A stretch of DNA of 64,000 bases from an uncultured Gammaproteobacteria bacterium (GTDB lineage: Bacteria; Patescibacteriota; Patescibacteriia; Magasanikbacterales; GWA2-37-8): positions 101,600 to 165,599 of the forward strand of contig CAZWKA010000001.1 in the NCBI GenBank assembly GCA_964634875.1. Reading direction: 5' to 3'. Under the pieces are notes generated by a model. The model was not told where the DNA came from. It did not search any database and worked only from the letters and a program-made list of their open reading frames with translations. Made by a program: the position numbers and the translations under genes. Shown in pieces: positions 18,788 through 28,551 of the stretch. The number at the start of each line of letters is the position of its first letter. The first letter of the stretch is position 1.

Positions 18788-18987
18788 GCGGCTTAGTCGC
18801 CTCCCGCCCGCCGCGTCTCTCGCCGCGGGCCGACCTTCATGTATCATTCTTGTTTTGAATGCTCCGTGCCGGGCGCTTCATCTTTCGGGATGGAGCGTTT
18901 TTTTAAACAAAAACCCCTGCTATCCTCATCGCTTAACCAGTGTTAAGAAATGGGGAAAGGGCAGGGGTTGGTGTGGGAAGGGCGGCG

Positions 18988-19371
18988 TCAGAACGGGCAG
19001 ACGTGCGCTGCTTGGTCAATCGTATAGATCGGGCTGCCGCCATAGCGGGTAATAAGCGGGCCGGTGATCGCCTTCCGCTCCAGCAGCTCCAGCAGTTGCA
19101 GGGTGCCATCGATGTCGATGCGGCCACCTGTGGCCACCATGATGACGAGCCCGTTGTTGAGGTGGCCGAACAATTGCCGCATCTCCTCGATAACAGCGGG
19201 CGTTCTCCGTTTTTGCTCCGAGAACATGGTAATGAGCACGAGCGTGCTGAAGCTGCCAATACCGGTGTTTTCAGGCGTCACAGTATCTCCGAGGTAAAGG
19301 GTGGTGGGGCTGCTCTGGTATCTGGTGTCTAGAATAAAAAAGCATCCCCACCGTTTTGAATACGATCTCAA
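18988..19371 (-). CDS. hypothetical protein (possible Rossmann-like fold), TTG start
   Basis: 127 aa from a TTG start. Moderate GC. Sequence LVLITMF...LVIMVATGGRIDIDG is suggestive of a nucleotide-binding fold but not diagnostic. Confidence 0.3.
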   Translation of the reverse strand: MRSYSKRWGCFFILDTRYQSSPTTLYLGDTVTPENTGIGSFSTLVLITMFSEQKRRTPAVIEEMRQLFGHLNNGLVIMVATGGRIDIDGTLQLLELLERKAITGPLITRYGGSPIYTIDQAAHVCPF

Positions 19372-19473
19372 AACAAAGTACTTTACGCTAAAAGTCTATT
19401 CTTGTCAAACCTAAAAGGTTTTTTGACAAATTTTTTTGTTAGTTCCATTATACGAACTAATAGGGAGACGACA

Positions 19474-19767
19474 ATGTCAAATCAAGCACCACAAACGCTA
19501 TCGCCTGAACTTCCCGTCCTGCTTGAGCACGCCACAGGAGTTGCGAGGGGAACTGCCCCTAACTGGCCCGTTCCTGTGTTATGGGTGGTTATGGTGGTTG
19601 CGCTTGGTGCCGCCGGGTTCCTTTTGGCAACTGGCCCGCCGGTGTGGCACGCGCACAATCCGCCTACCCACCACCCCCAGTATTGGCCGCTCTGTCTCGG
19701 GCACCCGCCAGTTATCGCGCCCCCGCCCGGACAACCAGGTCTCGTCCCCTTATCGCCCAGCCAGTAA
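19474..19767 (+). CDS. small single-pass membrane protein with Pro/His-rich tail (GC-rich)
   Basis: Start moved to ATG 19474, which has an AGGGAGA SD 6 nt upstream. Sequence MSNQAPQ...PVLWVVMVVALGAAGFLLA... The track ORF starts at 19402, before the likely promoter. Confidence 0.35.
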   Translation: MSNQAPQTLSPELPVLLEHATGVARGTAPNWPVPVLWVVMVVALGAAGFLLATGPPVWHAHNPPTHHPQYWPLCLGHPPVIAPPPGQPGLVPLSPSQ

Positions 19768-19837
19768 CAAGTTGGCCTAGCCCAGCTTGCCTGGCCTCCT
19801 TCCTATAACCAGACTTGTTTAGAGGAAGGGGAGACGC

Positions 19838-19866
19838 TTGACAGAAAACCACAATTCACGTACTAT
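19838..19866 (+). promoter_or_regulatory. sigma70-like promoter of the str operon
   Basis: TTGACA (19838-19843), 17-nt spacer, TACTAT (19861-19866), about 135 nt upstream of rpsL. Confidence 0.5.
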
Positions 19867-20001
19867 CGAGGCACAAGAACGTACCAAAAATCGTGGCTGA
19901 TGGAGTAATACGTTGCTTTTTTATTTACCAACCGGTTTCGGTACGCAAGGAGCGGCTTAGAACTGCCCGCTGTTTACAGACTGAAATCATCTAAATACGC
20001 T

Positions 20002-20433
20002 ATGCCAACAACAAACCAAATGATCCGCAAGGGACGCACGCCGAAAGTACGGAAGACCAAAACTCCGGCTTTGCAATTTACGGTAGATAACCTCCACCGC
20101 AAAGTAACCTATTTCCGCAAAGGCACCAGCTTCAAACGCGGTGTTTGTACCAAGGTCTATACCACTACTCCTAAAAAACCTAACTCAGCGCTGCGCAAAG
20201 TCGCGAAAGTCCGCCTGAGTAACGGCGTTGAAGTTATCGCCTATATTCCGGGCGAAGGCCACAACCTCCAGGAACACTCCATCGTGCTTATCCGTGGTGG
20301 CCGTGTCAAAGATTTGCCAGGTGTCCGCTACCATATCGTACGCGGTATTTATGATACTCAAGGAGTAGCGAGCCGTCGTCGTGGCCGCAGTCTGTATGGC
20401 AACAAACGTCCGAAAGCAGCTAAGAAGGCGTAA
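20002..20433 (+). CDS. rpsL: 30S ribosomal protein S12
   Basis: [12 protein letters not shown]...[59 protein letters not shown]. Confidence 0.97.
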   Translation: MPTTNQMIRKGRTPKVRKTKTPALQFTVDNLHRKVTYFRKGTSFKRGVCTKVYTTTPKKPNSALRKVAKVRLSNGVEVIAYIPGEGHNLQEHSIVLIRGGRVKDLPGVRYHIVRGIYDTQGVASRRRGRSLYGNKRPKAAKKA

Positions 20434-20434
20434 G

Positions 20435-20512
20435 TAAACAGTAAGCAGTAAACAGTAAATAGAAATACTGGTACTGCATAAACTGTTTACTATTTACTGT
20501 TTACTATTTACT
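20435..20512. repeat. palindromic intergenic repeat, family B copy 1 (GTAAACAGTAAGCAGTAAACAGTAAA / CTGTTTACTATTTACTGTTTACTATTTAC)
   Basis: Inverted arms between rpsL and rpsG. Identical arms recur at 21008-21089. Confidence 0.7.
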
Positions 20513-20515
20513 ACT

Positions 20516-20992
20516 ATGCGTGGAAAACCAGTCAAAAAGAGAGATATTCTTCCAGATCCTAAATACGGCAATCTTGTCTTAGCCAAATTTATCAATCACG
20601 TCATGAAGGGTGGTAAGAAAACGACTGCTCAAGGCGTCGTCTACCGTGCGCTCGAAGTTGTCAGTGAAATGACTAAGAAAGATCCTCTAAAAGTTTTCGA
20701 AGAAGCCATGAAAAATGTGCAACCACAGGTAGAAGTACGCTCTCGCCGTGTTGGCGGTGCGAACTACCAGGTGCCAATGCCGGTTCGAGGTGAACGCCAG
20801 GTAGCGCTCTCGTTCCGCTGGATTATTGATGCTGCTCGTAGCAAAAAAGGCCAGCCTATGCACCAGCGCCTTGCAACTATTCTGATTGATGCCCAGCAAG
20901 GACTTGGGGATGCTATCAAAAAGCGCGACGACATGCACCGTATGGCCGAAGCTAACAAAGCGTTTGCTCACTTTGCACGTTTCACCAATTAA
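20516..20992 (+). CDS. rpsG: 30S ribosomal protein S7
   Basis: 158 aa. KFINHVMKGGKKTTAQ, VEVRSRRVGGANYQVP. Confidence 0.97.
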   Translation: MRGKPVKKRDILPDPKYGNLVLAKFINHVMKGGKKTTAQGVVYRALEVVSEMTKKDPLKVFEEAMKNVQPQVEVRSRRVGGANYQVPMPVRGERQVALSFRWIIDAARSKKGQPMHQRLATILIDAQQGLGDAIKKRDDMHRMAEANKAFAHFARFTN

Positions 20993-21007
20993 TAATGTGT
21001 GACCAGG

Positions 21008-21089
21008 GTAAACAGTAAGCAGTAAACAGTAAAAAGAATTTTTACTGTACGCTGCACCTACTGTTTACTATTTACTGTTTACTATTTAC
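21008..21089. repeat. palindromic intergenic repeat, family B copy 2
   Basis: Same arm sequences as 20435-20512 with a different loop, between rpsG and fusA. Confidence 0.7.
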
Positions 21090-21096
21090 TTACACT

Positions 21097-23178
21097 ATGC
21101 CCCGAGAATATTCACTCGAAAAAACGCGTAATATCGGCATCATGGCTCACATTGATGCTGGTAAAACGACTACCACCGAACGTGTGCTTTTTTACACCGG
21201 TAAGAAACACAAGATTGGTGAAGTGCACGAAGGTGAAGCCACTATGGACTGGATGGAACAGGAAAAAGAACGTGGTATCACCATTACTTCGGCTGCTACT
21301 ACCTGTTTTTGGAAAGGCCATCGCATTAACATTATTGATACACCAGGCCACGTAGACTTTACCGTAGAGGTAGAACGCAGTCTTCGTGTACTTGACGGGG
21401 CGGTTGCTGTTTTTGACAGCTCCCAAGGTGTTGAACCTCAGAGTGAAACTGTCTGGCACCAGGCCGATAAGTACCATGTTCCTCGCATTGCCTTTTTAAA
21501 TAAAATGGACAAGCTTGGCGCTGACTTCTACATGAGTCTTGCTTCCATCAAGGAACGCCTTACCAAAGAAGCCTACCCAATTCAACTTCCAATCGGCCAG
21601 GAAAGCACTTTTTCTGGGTTGATTGATCTTATTGAAGAAAAAGCTTTTAAATTCGAAGGCGACAAAGGTCAGAATATTATCGAGATGCCGATCCCGGAAG
21701 ATATGAAAGAGCAGGTTGCTAAATACCGCGCTGAACTTATTGAAAAATGTACCGAAGCTAATGATGCCTTGATGGGTAAAGTCCTCAATGGCGAAGCGCT
21801 GACGATTGATGAAATTAAAACCGCTATTCGCACACTCGTCTTGAAAGGCACCATGTACCCAGTGCTTTGTGGTTCAGCTCTTGCCAACATCGGTGTACAG
21901 TTCATGCTCGACGGTGTGGTAGCGTACCTCCCAGCTCCAACTGATGTAGCTGAAATTGTCGGTACCAATCCAGATACCGAAGCTGAGGAAACACGCAAAC
22001 CAAGTGACAGTGAACCTTTCTCTGCGCTTGCTTTCAAAGTTGCAACTGATCCATTCGTCGGTAAACTTATTTTCTTCCGTGTCTATTCTGGTGTGGTTAC
22101 TGCTGGTAGTTATATTTATAATTCAAGCAAAGGAACCAAGGAACGTATGGGTCGCATCGTCCGTATGCATGCTAACAGTCGCGAAGATGTAAACGAAGTG
22201 TACGCTGGTGAAATTGCGGCAGCGATTGGTCTTAAAGACGTCCGTACCGGGGATACCCTTTGTGACGAAGACAAGCAAATCGTCCTCATCCGCCCAACGT
22301 TTGCTGAACCGGTTATTTCGATGGCGATCGAGCCAAAAACCAAAGTTGACCAAGAAAGAATTGGTATGGCTATGGCCAAACTCGCTGAAGAAGATCCAAC
22401 GTTTAAAGTACACACCGATCAGGAAACCCTCCAGACAATTATCTCTGGTATGGGTGAACTTCACCTCGATATTATCGTTGACCGCATGAAGCGCGAGTTC
22501 AAGGTGGAAGCTAATGTCGGTGCGCCGCAGGTAGCATTTAAAGAAACCATTCGCTTGTCAGCGGAAGCTGAAGGTAAATATGTTAAGCAGTCGGGTGGTA
22601 AAGGTCAATATGGACATTGCTGGCTCCGTGTGGAACCGCAAACTGACCCAACTAAAGGCGACTTTGAGTTTGTTGATGAAGTTAAGGGTGGTGTGATCCC
22701 GCGTGAGTTTATCCCGGCTATTCAAAAGGGTGTTAAAGAAACTCTTACTAAAGGTATTCAGGCTGGTTACCCAATCGTGAACATGAAAGTGACGTGTTAC
22801 GATGGTTCATACCACGATGTTGACTCTTCAGAAGTTGCGTTCAAATTAGCTGGTTCGATGGCCTTCCTCGCCGCCTGCCGCAAAGCTAACCCGGTGATTC
22901 TTGAGCCAATCATGAAAGTTGAAGTGGTTACCCCAGAACAGTTCATGGGCGACTCCATCGGCGACCTTAACTCCAAGCGTGGTCAGATTCAGGAAATGAT
23001 TGATCGTGGTCAGATGAAAGTTGTGAAAGCCATGGTGCCCTTGGCAAGTATGTTCGGCTATGCCACAAGTTTGCGCAGTATGACCCAGGGTCGCGCGAGC
23101 TATAGTATGGAATTTGATCATTACGCCGAAGTTCCAAACAATGTTGCCGCAACCATTATTGCTGGTAGTCAGAAATAA
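21097..23178 (+). CDS. fusA: elongation factor G
   Basis: 693 aa. G1 [10 protein letters not shown]3 DTPGHVDF, G4 NKMD, and EF-G domains IV and V. Confidence 0.97.
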   Translation: MPREYSLEKTRNIGIMAHIDAGKTTTTERVLFYTGKKHKIGEVHEGEATMDWMEQEKERGITITSAATTCFWKGHRINIIDTPGHVDFTVEVERSLRVLDGAVAVFDSSQGVEPQSETVWHQADKYHVPRIAFLNKMDKLGADFYMSLASIKERLTKEAYPIQLPIGQESTFSGLIDLIEEKAFKFEGDKGQNIIEMPIPEDMKEQVAKYRAELIEKCTEANDALMGKVLNGEALTIDEIKTAIRTLVLKGTMYPVLCGSALANIGVQFMLDGVVAYLPAPTDVAEIVGTNPDTEAEETRKPSDSEPFSALAFKVATDPFVGKLIFFRVYSGVVTAGSYIYNSSKGTKERMGRIVRMHANSREDVNEVYAGEIAAAIGLKDVRTGDTLCDEDKQIVLIRPTFAEPVISMAIEPKTKVDQERIGMAMAKLAEEDPTFKVHTDQETLQTIISGMGELHLDIIVDRMKREFKVEANVGAPQVAFKETIRLSAEAEGKYVKQSGGKGQYGHCWLRVEPQTDPTKGDFEFVDEVKGGVIPREFIPAIQKGVKETLTKGIQAGYPIVNMKVTCYDGSYHDVDSSEVAFKLAGSMAFLAACRKANPVILEPIMKVEVVTPEQFMGDSIGDLNSKRGQIQEMIDRGQMKVVKAMVPLASMFGYATSLRSMTQGRASYSMEFDHYAEVPNNVAATIIAGSQK

Positions 23179-23307
23179 TTTTAGATCCAAGTATTACAAA
23201 CCACCCTTCTTTGGAAGGGTGGTTTTGTTTTTGGTTGAGACCTCGATTATCTTGACGAATGGGGTAAAAAGTGGTAGTAAATCGTCGATAGTGGAGGCAG
23301 GAAAACC

Positions 23308-23907
23308 ATGCAACGACGAAGTTTGCTTCGGGTTCTCGGGCTGACTGCTCTAGGTGTGCTGTCCGGTTGTAGCCTCTTGAGCCGCAGAGACGATGATCTG
23401 CCAACTGGCAACGGCTCGTATGTGGATACCAAGACGGGCTGGGTTAAGCGTCCTGACGGGACCATGACCGACGATATCGACGTGTACAACGGGGCGCTCG
23501 ATGAGATCTGCCAGGAGCACTTCAAACGCTCTCGGGTCATCCCCGCCATGCTCGGCTCGCTACGGTTCAATTTCATCGAGTCGGACTTTAAGTGCCCCAA
23601 GTGTAAGGTGGGGATGCTGGAAGCCAAGCCCCTTGAAGATGAGTTTATCCCGCCGGAGCCGGGGGATAAGAGCGGTGGCAGGGGTTTCTTTCAGGTCTAT
23701 GGCTATTGTGATCAGTGCGGGGAACGCTCGCCGGTAAAAGGCGCCGTTGTTCCTGCGCCCGCGCTCGCCATGGTCTATGAGGAGGAAGCCTCGGGTCTCG
23801 TGATCCCGGTGCCGATTGGTGGGTGGCTTGCGCCCCGCTTCTCTGGTATCCGGCTGCCGTCATTGCCGCCGCTGCGCGTCCCTCTGGAGCCAGTGTTCGT
23901 ACCCTAG
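23308..23907 (+). CDS. GC-rich lipoprotein with C4 zinc-ribbon-like motif
   Basis: 199 aa. Signal peptide and lipobox LSGCS. CPKCKVG ...(x37)... CDQCGE. Upstream promoter TATCTTGACG + 17 + TAGTAA (23252-23280). High GC3. Confidence 0.55.
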   Translation: MQRRSLLRVLGLTALGVLSGCSLLSRRDDDLPTGNGSYVDTKTGWVKRPDGTMTDDIDVYNGALDEICQEHFKRSRVIPAMLGSLRFNFIESDFKCPKCKVGMLEAKPLEDEFIPPEPGDKSGGRGFFQVYGYCDQCGERSPVKGAVVPAPALAMVYEEEASGLVIPVPIGGWLAPRFSGIRLPSLPPLRVPLEPVFVP

Positions 23908-24099
23908 CACCTCTGCGAAGAGGTTCTCTTTCACACCATAATTCCCGCCCACAGCCGACCTCACCGTCGGCTCAATAAAAAACCACTCAATCTCAATTGG
24001 GTGGTTTTTTATTCCTATCTTGACAAAACCCTGTTTTTCGGGTAGCGTAAAAAAGTCCCAATTGAGGCTTCAAACGATCGTCATAGGAGGTCGTCCCCC

Positions 24100-24384
24100 A
24101 TGAGTACTGCCAGTAAGAACGTTCGTACCGAGCATGATTTTGATGATGAAATCACTGATCCTGAGTTCGATGGGCGGCTCAGTGATCTGGATCTGCAGTT
24201 GTTCCAGGCCGCGACCACCTCAGTCGGGCCGCGACCCACGTCTGAAGTGCCCCCGATCCACACGGGCTCTCTGCGTACCGTGGGTTCGGGTCAGCATGGC
24301 AGCGCGAATGCCGGCCGTGTTGACTATCGGCCGCCTTCGGACAACGTTCCGGCCATCATTCCCCCGCAGAAGCGAAGGGGCTGA
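24100..24384 (+). CDS. hypothetical small protein (GC-rich)
   Basis: 94 aa. Preceded by CTATCTTGACA + 17 + TAGCGT (24019-24047) and SD AGGAGG. Acidic N-terminus and Pro-rich C-terminus. Confidence 0.35.
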   Translation: MSTASKNVRTEHDFDDEITDPEFDGRLSDLDLQLFQAATTSVGPRPTSEVPPIHTGSLRTVGSGQHGSANAGRVDYRPPSDNVPAIIPPQKRRG

Positions 24385-24675
24385 GACCTTTTTTGCCGGG
24401 GAACCCGTCTAGCTACTCTTTTGCCCTACCGAGGGATGGTATCCTTGTGGTTGTGCAGAGCAGTTTAGACGCGTTCCTCGGTTCTTCTTCATCTTATTTC
24501 TTAATGCCCTAAAAAGGGTATTTTTTTATTTTTAATAATATTTTTTGGCTAAAAATATGAGTTTTAAAGTTCCCCACACCCCTATCTATTGACAGGTAGG
24601 AGGTGTCGTGCTAGGGTGATTTTGCCAATCTTCTTTTGATCCTTCCCGTCCTCAACAGCGTTCAGGAGGTCACTC

Positions 24676-24834
24676 GTGAAGAAGTCCCGCATCTGCAGCA
24701 AGTATTCGATTCTCGGCGGCACGTCCATCATCGACTACGACAGCGGCGAGGCCTGCACCGGCGGCGTCCAGCACGGCCAGCGCAGCGGCAACTCGCGCGC
24801 CGGCGGCGCGGGCGACGGCCTCCACGCCAAGTAA
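24676..24834 (+). CDS. candidate 52-aa Gly/Ser/Cys-rich peptide (GTG start) with strong SD and dedicated promoter
   Basis: AGGAGG (24664-24669), then GTG at 24676. Product MKKSRICSKYSILGGTSIIDYDSGEACTGGVQHGQRSGNSRAGGAGDGLHAK. Nearly every codon ends in G/C. Upstream CTATCTATTGACA + 17 + TAGGGT (24583-24617). Absent from the ORF track (shorter than 60 aa). Confidence 0.35.
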   Translation: MKKSRICSKYSILGGTSIIDYDSGEACTGGVQHGQRSGNSRAGGAGDGLHAK

Positions 24835-25110
24835 GGCGCGGCGGCCACGGTTCGGGGGCTCCAACCAGTAAGTAAGCAGGCGCGGCAGCCAGCGGCGTGA
24901 CAGCGATGTCACACCCCGCGGGCGCGGCGCCGGCAACTTCTGGAAGGAGCCCCCGGGCCCTTCCTTTCTTAAAACATGAATACCTGACCACAGGTGTTTT
25001 TTTATTTATACAGGCCAAAGCGCTTTATTTGTGGGTAGTTTGACCAAACGGGTAAAGCGTTTTATAATGGCAAGTAATGGAGATTTGCTTCTTTTCTGCT
25101 TTAGACAATT

Positions 25111-25539
25111 ATGAAAAATAACCAAATAAACCGCGTTATCAATTTGGTTCGTAAAACTGGCGACCGCGTCGTCGTCATGGACCAGGAAACCGAAGAAGTG
25201 CTGGTCATGATGCGTCTTGATGAATATGAGAATCTCATGGATTTTGCTTTGCCTGGTGGAGAAAGTGGGCCTATGCCTGACTTTGAATCTTGGGATCATG
25301 AAGCCGAAGGAATGGTCGCTGGAGACGAATCAGATGAGCAGTCGTTTGACCTGGCCGACCACGCTGCTGAATTGAAATCGCGGGAAGCCGTCGCCCCAGT
25401 GGCAGCGGTGAACGAAAAAAAGCTTGAGTTTAGTGAAGATTGGGAGAAGCCGGTGTCTACCAATGTACCCGAAGAAGACTTGTCAGATGTGCCGGAAGAC
25501 GAAGAAGAGCCGCGTTTTTACCTGGAACCGGTCGAGTAA
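25111..25539 (+). CDS. acidic hypothetical protein
   Basis: 142 aa, very acidic (D/E-rich C-terminal half). Native AT-rich codon usage. Confidence 0.4.
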   Translation: MKNNQINRVINLVRKTGDRVVVMDQETEEVLVMMRLDEYENLMDFALPGGESGPMPDFESWDHEAEGMVAGDESDEQSFDLADHAAELKSREAVAPVAAVNEKKLEFSEDWEKPVSTNVPEEDLSDVPEDEEEPRFYLEPVE

Positions 25540-25776
25540 AGCATTAAAGCCTTGGAAAAACAGGGGTTTGTCCACATCCCTCGCTCTTGCCAAGGCTTTT
25601 TTTATTTGCTATAGTGTCGCCACGTGTGTGAAGGCCTCTTTTTAGGCGTTTTTTGCGCGTAGTGATGCCTTGAACACAAAAAGTACTCAACTATTTTATT
25701 AAAAATTAGTAGCAGCGGCTGGACATAAAGCTGAAGCGACCACTCGCCAAAGCGCCGCGTAAAGTTTTTTAATCAT

Positions 25777-26967
25777 ATGGCCGATTTCGTCCGAAATAAG
25801 CCACACGTCAACATTGGTACCATTGGTCACGTCGACCACGGTAAAACTACGACCACCGCAGCCATCCTCAAGGTTTTGACTGCTCATGGTCAGACTGCTC
25901 AGAACAAAGGTGTCGATGATTTGGATAAAGCCCCAGAGTCAAAAGCTCGTGGTATTACCATTTCAACTGCTCACGTTGAATACGAAACTGCCGCTCGTCA
26001 TTACGCTCACGTTGACTGTCCAGGTCACGCTGACTACGTAAAAAATATGATTACTGGTGCCGCCCAGATGGACGGTGCTATCCTCGTTGTTTCCGCAGCT
26101 GACGGCCCAATGCCTCAGACTCGTGAACATATCCTTTTGGCTTCTCAGGTAGGTGTAAAACATATTGTTGTTTACCTCAATAAAGTTGACATGGTTCAAG
26201 ATAAGGAACTTGTTGACCTCGTTGAAGAAGAAGTCCGCGACCTTCTCAAGAAATACAAATACCCAGGCGACACCGTACCGGTTATCCGCGGTTCTTCGAT
26301 GAAGGCCCTCGAAAATCCAACCGATGAAGCTGCTGCCAAACCAATTCTCGACCTCATGAAAGCGGTTGATGAATATATCCCAGACCCAGTCCGCGCCACC
26401 GATCTTCCTTTCCTTATGCCGGTTGAAGATGTCTTCTCTATTGAAGGCCGTGGTACTGTTGTTACTGGTCGTATCGAACGCGGTGTTATCCACGTTAACG
26501 ACGAAGTTGCTATCGTTGGTTTGAAAGAAGATGTTGTTAAGACTGTTGTTACTGGTATTGAAATGTTCAACAAAAGCCTCAAAGATGGACAAGCTGGTGA
26601 CAACGCCGGTCTCCTTCTTCGCGGTACCAAGAAAGAAGATGTTGAACGCGGTATGGTGCTTGCTAAACCAGGTTCCGTTACTCCGCACACTGAATACGAA
26701 GCTGAAGTTTATATCCTTACCAAAGAAGAAGGTGGACGTCACAAACCTTTCTTCAAGGGTTACAAGCCTCAGTTCTATATCCGCACTACTGACGTTACTG
26801 GTGAAATCGAACTTCCAGCTGGCACCGAAATGGTTATGCCTGGAGACACCATTAGTATCGTTGTAAAACTTATCGCCCCAGTTGCGCTCGAAGAGAAGAT
26901 GAACTTCGCTATTCGCGAAGGTGGTCGTACCGTCGGTGCTGGTGTGGTAACTAAGATTCTTAAATAA
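25777..26967 (+). CDS. tuf: elongation factor Tu
   Basis: 396 aa. [21 protein letters not shown], and a typical EF-Tu C-terminus. Confidence 0.97.
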   Translation: MADFVRNKPHVNIGTIGHVDHGKTTTTAAILKVLTAHGQTAQNKGVDDLDKAPESKARGITISTAHVEYETAARHYAHVDCPGHADYVKNMITGAAQMDGAILVVSAADGPMPQTREHILLASQVGVKHIVVYLNKVDMVQDKELVDLVEEEVRDLLKKYKYPGDTVPVIRGSSMKALENPTDEAAAKPILDLMKAVDEYIPDPVRATDLPFLMPVEDVFSIEGRGTVVTGRIERGVIHVNDEVAIVGLKEDVVKTVVTGIEMFNKSLKDGQAGDNAGLLLRGTKKEDVERGMVLAKPGSVTPHTEYEAEVYILTKEEGGRHKPFFKGYKPQFYIRTTDVTGEIELPAGTEMVMPGDTISIVVKLIAPVALEEKMNFAIREGGRTVGAGVVTKILK

Positions 26968-27043
26968 TAAGCGAAGGGTCGTCCCGACACATGTCGGGAC
27001 GACCCCTTTTGCTTTGTTCATTCAGTTCTTTATCTTGCGTAAC

Positions 27044-27385
27044 ATGACCGCTACAAGCAAAACTGTACAGAAAGATGAGGGTATTAGCCGTATTCGCATC
27101 AAAATCCGCGCATACGACAACCGCATTATTGATCAGGCCACCAAGACGATCGTCGAAACCGCCGAACGCCACGAAGCCAAGGTAATTGGTCCAGTACCGC
27201 TCCCAACGGAGAAAACCAAGTTTACCGTTAACCGTTCTACGTTCGTCCACAAAGACGCTCGTGAGCAGTATGAAATGCGTGTGCATAAGCGTTTGATCGA
27301 CATTATCAATGCTAGTCCGAAATGCGTTGATGCCCTTATGGGTCTCAGCCTTCCCGCTGGTGTCGATATCGAAATCAAGATGTAA
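27044..27385 (+). CDS. rpsJ: 30S ribosomal protein S10
   Basis: Start set at ATG 27044 ([25 protein letters not shown]...). The track ORF begins 10 codons earlier. Confidence 0.9.
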   Translation: MTATSKTVQKDEGISRIRIKIRAYDNRIIDQATKTIVETAERHEAKVIGPVPLPTEKTKFTVNRSTFVHKDAREQYEMRVHKRLIDIINASPKCVDALMGLSLPAGVDIEIKM

Positions 27386-27463
27386 ATCGTCCAAAGTGTA
27401 GCGGCCCTACCGAGTAAAAGAGTAGGGCCCGCAAAATAAGGTAAAATTTCGTTTTCCACAGCC

Positions 27464-27736
27464 TTGACAAGCCGTTCTAAATGCGGTAAGCTGGTGGAAG
27501 TTAAAAAAAGAGCCCTCGCTCAACTTAATAAGATCCCTGCAGTTAGCCAAGAAAATGGGAAAACATTAAGAAGAAACAATGGCTCACGAGGAGTAAAAAC
27601 TTGAAAATACCAAACCAAGCCATTTCCTAGAAAATCGCGCTCTGGTACTGTATATTCGCGAGACTTTAGAAAGGCTAGAAGCACTGTATGCTATCAACTC
27701 AATTGTTGATTGCGTCCTGGTGCTTCTAGTTTTTTG
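27464..27736 (+). ncRNA. candidate non-coding transcript between rpsJ and rplC (promoter to intrinsic terminator, no ORF)
   Basis: TTGACA (27464-27469) + 17 + TAAGCT (27487-27492). About 240 nt without an ORF longer than 6 codons. Strong terminator CTAGAAGCAC ... GTGCTTCTAG + TTTTTTG (27675-27736). An upstream hairpin GGCCCTAC/GTAGGGCC (27403-27430) follows the rpsJ stop. Confidence 0.35.
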
Positions 27737-27817
27737 TTAAAATGACAAAAATAAGAAGCACTACAACAAAGTTAGTCACGAATTGTTTTCAATAAGTTAC
27801 CAATGTTGCACACGTAT

Positions 27818-28531
27818 ATGAAATTCATTCTCGGCAAAAAGATGGGCATGACCCAGGTTTTCTTAAAGAGTGGTGAGGTTGTACCGGTTACTAAAGTTGT
27901 TGCTGGCCCGTGTCAGGTGGTCCAGGTCAAACAAGACCAAAAGAACGCCACGACAGCGCTTCAGTTAGGTTTTGGTGAAAAGAAAGAATGGCGTCTAGCA
28001 AAACCAGAAGCAGGACATTTGAAGGGTTTAGCTCCCGTCAGTGAACTCCGAGATTTTGTATCTGACCAAGCAGGCATTGACCGCGGTGACGTCGTTACTG
28101 TGGAAACATTTGTTCCAGGTGATCTGTTAAATGTTGTTGGAACTTCCAAAGGTAAAGGTTTTGCCGGTGTTGTAAAACGCCATCATTTCCGTGGTGGTCC
28201 AGCATCCCATGGTCACAAAGATAACCTTCGCGCCCCTGGTTCCATTGGTGCTGGTGGTGTGCAACGTGTTTTTAAAGGTATGCGCATGGCTGGACGTATG
28301 GGTGGCGAACGTGTCACGGTTAAAAATTTGGAAGTTGTGGAAGTACATCCAGAAACAAATGAACTGTATATCAAAGGCGCTGTTCCGGGTGGCCGCAATG
28401 GCCTGCTCCTTTTGAGCGCTCTGGGTGAATTGAAAGTTACCAAGAAAAATGCTCCAGCCGCTCCAGTCGAAGCTGCTCAAACTGAAACCGCTCCTGTTTC
28501 CGAACCAGCGGTAGAAGCACAAGCAAGCTAA
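27818..28531 (+). CDS. rplC: 50S ribosomal protein L3
   Basis: Start at ATG 27818 (MKFILGKKMGMTQVF...). Confidence 0.93.
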   Translation: MKFILGKKMGMTQVFLKSGEVVPVTKVVAGPCQVVQVKQDQKNATTALQLGFGEKKEWRLAKPEAGHLKGLAPVSELRDFVSDQAGIDRGDVVTVETFVPGDLLNVVGTSKGKGFAGVVKRHHFRGGPASHGHKDNLRAPGSIGAGGVQRVFKGMRMAGRMGGERVTVKNLEVVEVHPETNELYIKGAVPGGRNGLLLLSALGELKVTKKNAPAAPVEAAQTETAPVSEPAVEAQAS

Positions 28532-28551
28532 ACTTACCCGTTACAAGTTAC

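Noticed and set aside
18618-19052. Arg/Pro/Ala-rich ORFs in high-GC stretches (for example 18618..19052, 24636..24875, 24728..25018, 46958..47203, 47106..47666, 6871..7344, 57771..57998)
   Set aside because: They have the typical wrong-frame composition of GC-rich DNA (R/P/A-rich, no hydrophobic core). Each overlaps a better-supported frame with an SD and a signal peptide.
21112-23190. Numerous antisense or alternate-frame ORFs inside fusA, tuf, ribosomal-protein genes, uvrD, topA and others
   Set aside because: They are fully contained within strongly supported conserved genes on the opposite strand or in another frame, with no independent evidence.
24670-24936. 88-aa minus-strand ORF overlapping the 52-codon GTG ORF
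   Set aside because: Arg/Ala/Leu-rich with no SD. The plus-strand frame has the AGGAGG, the promoter motif and a consistent GC3 pattern.
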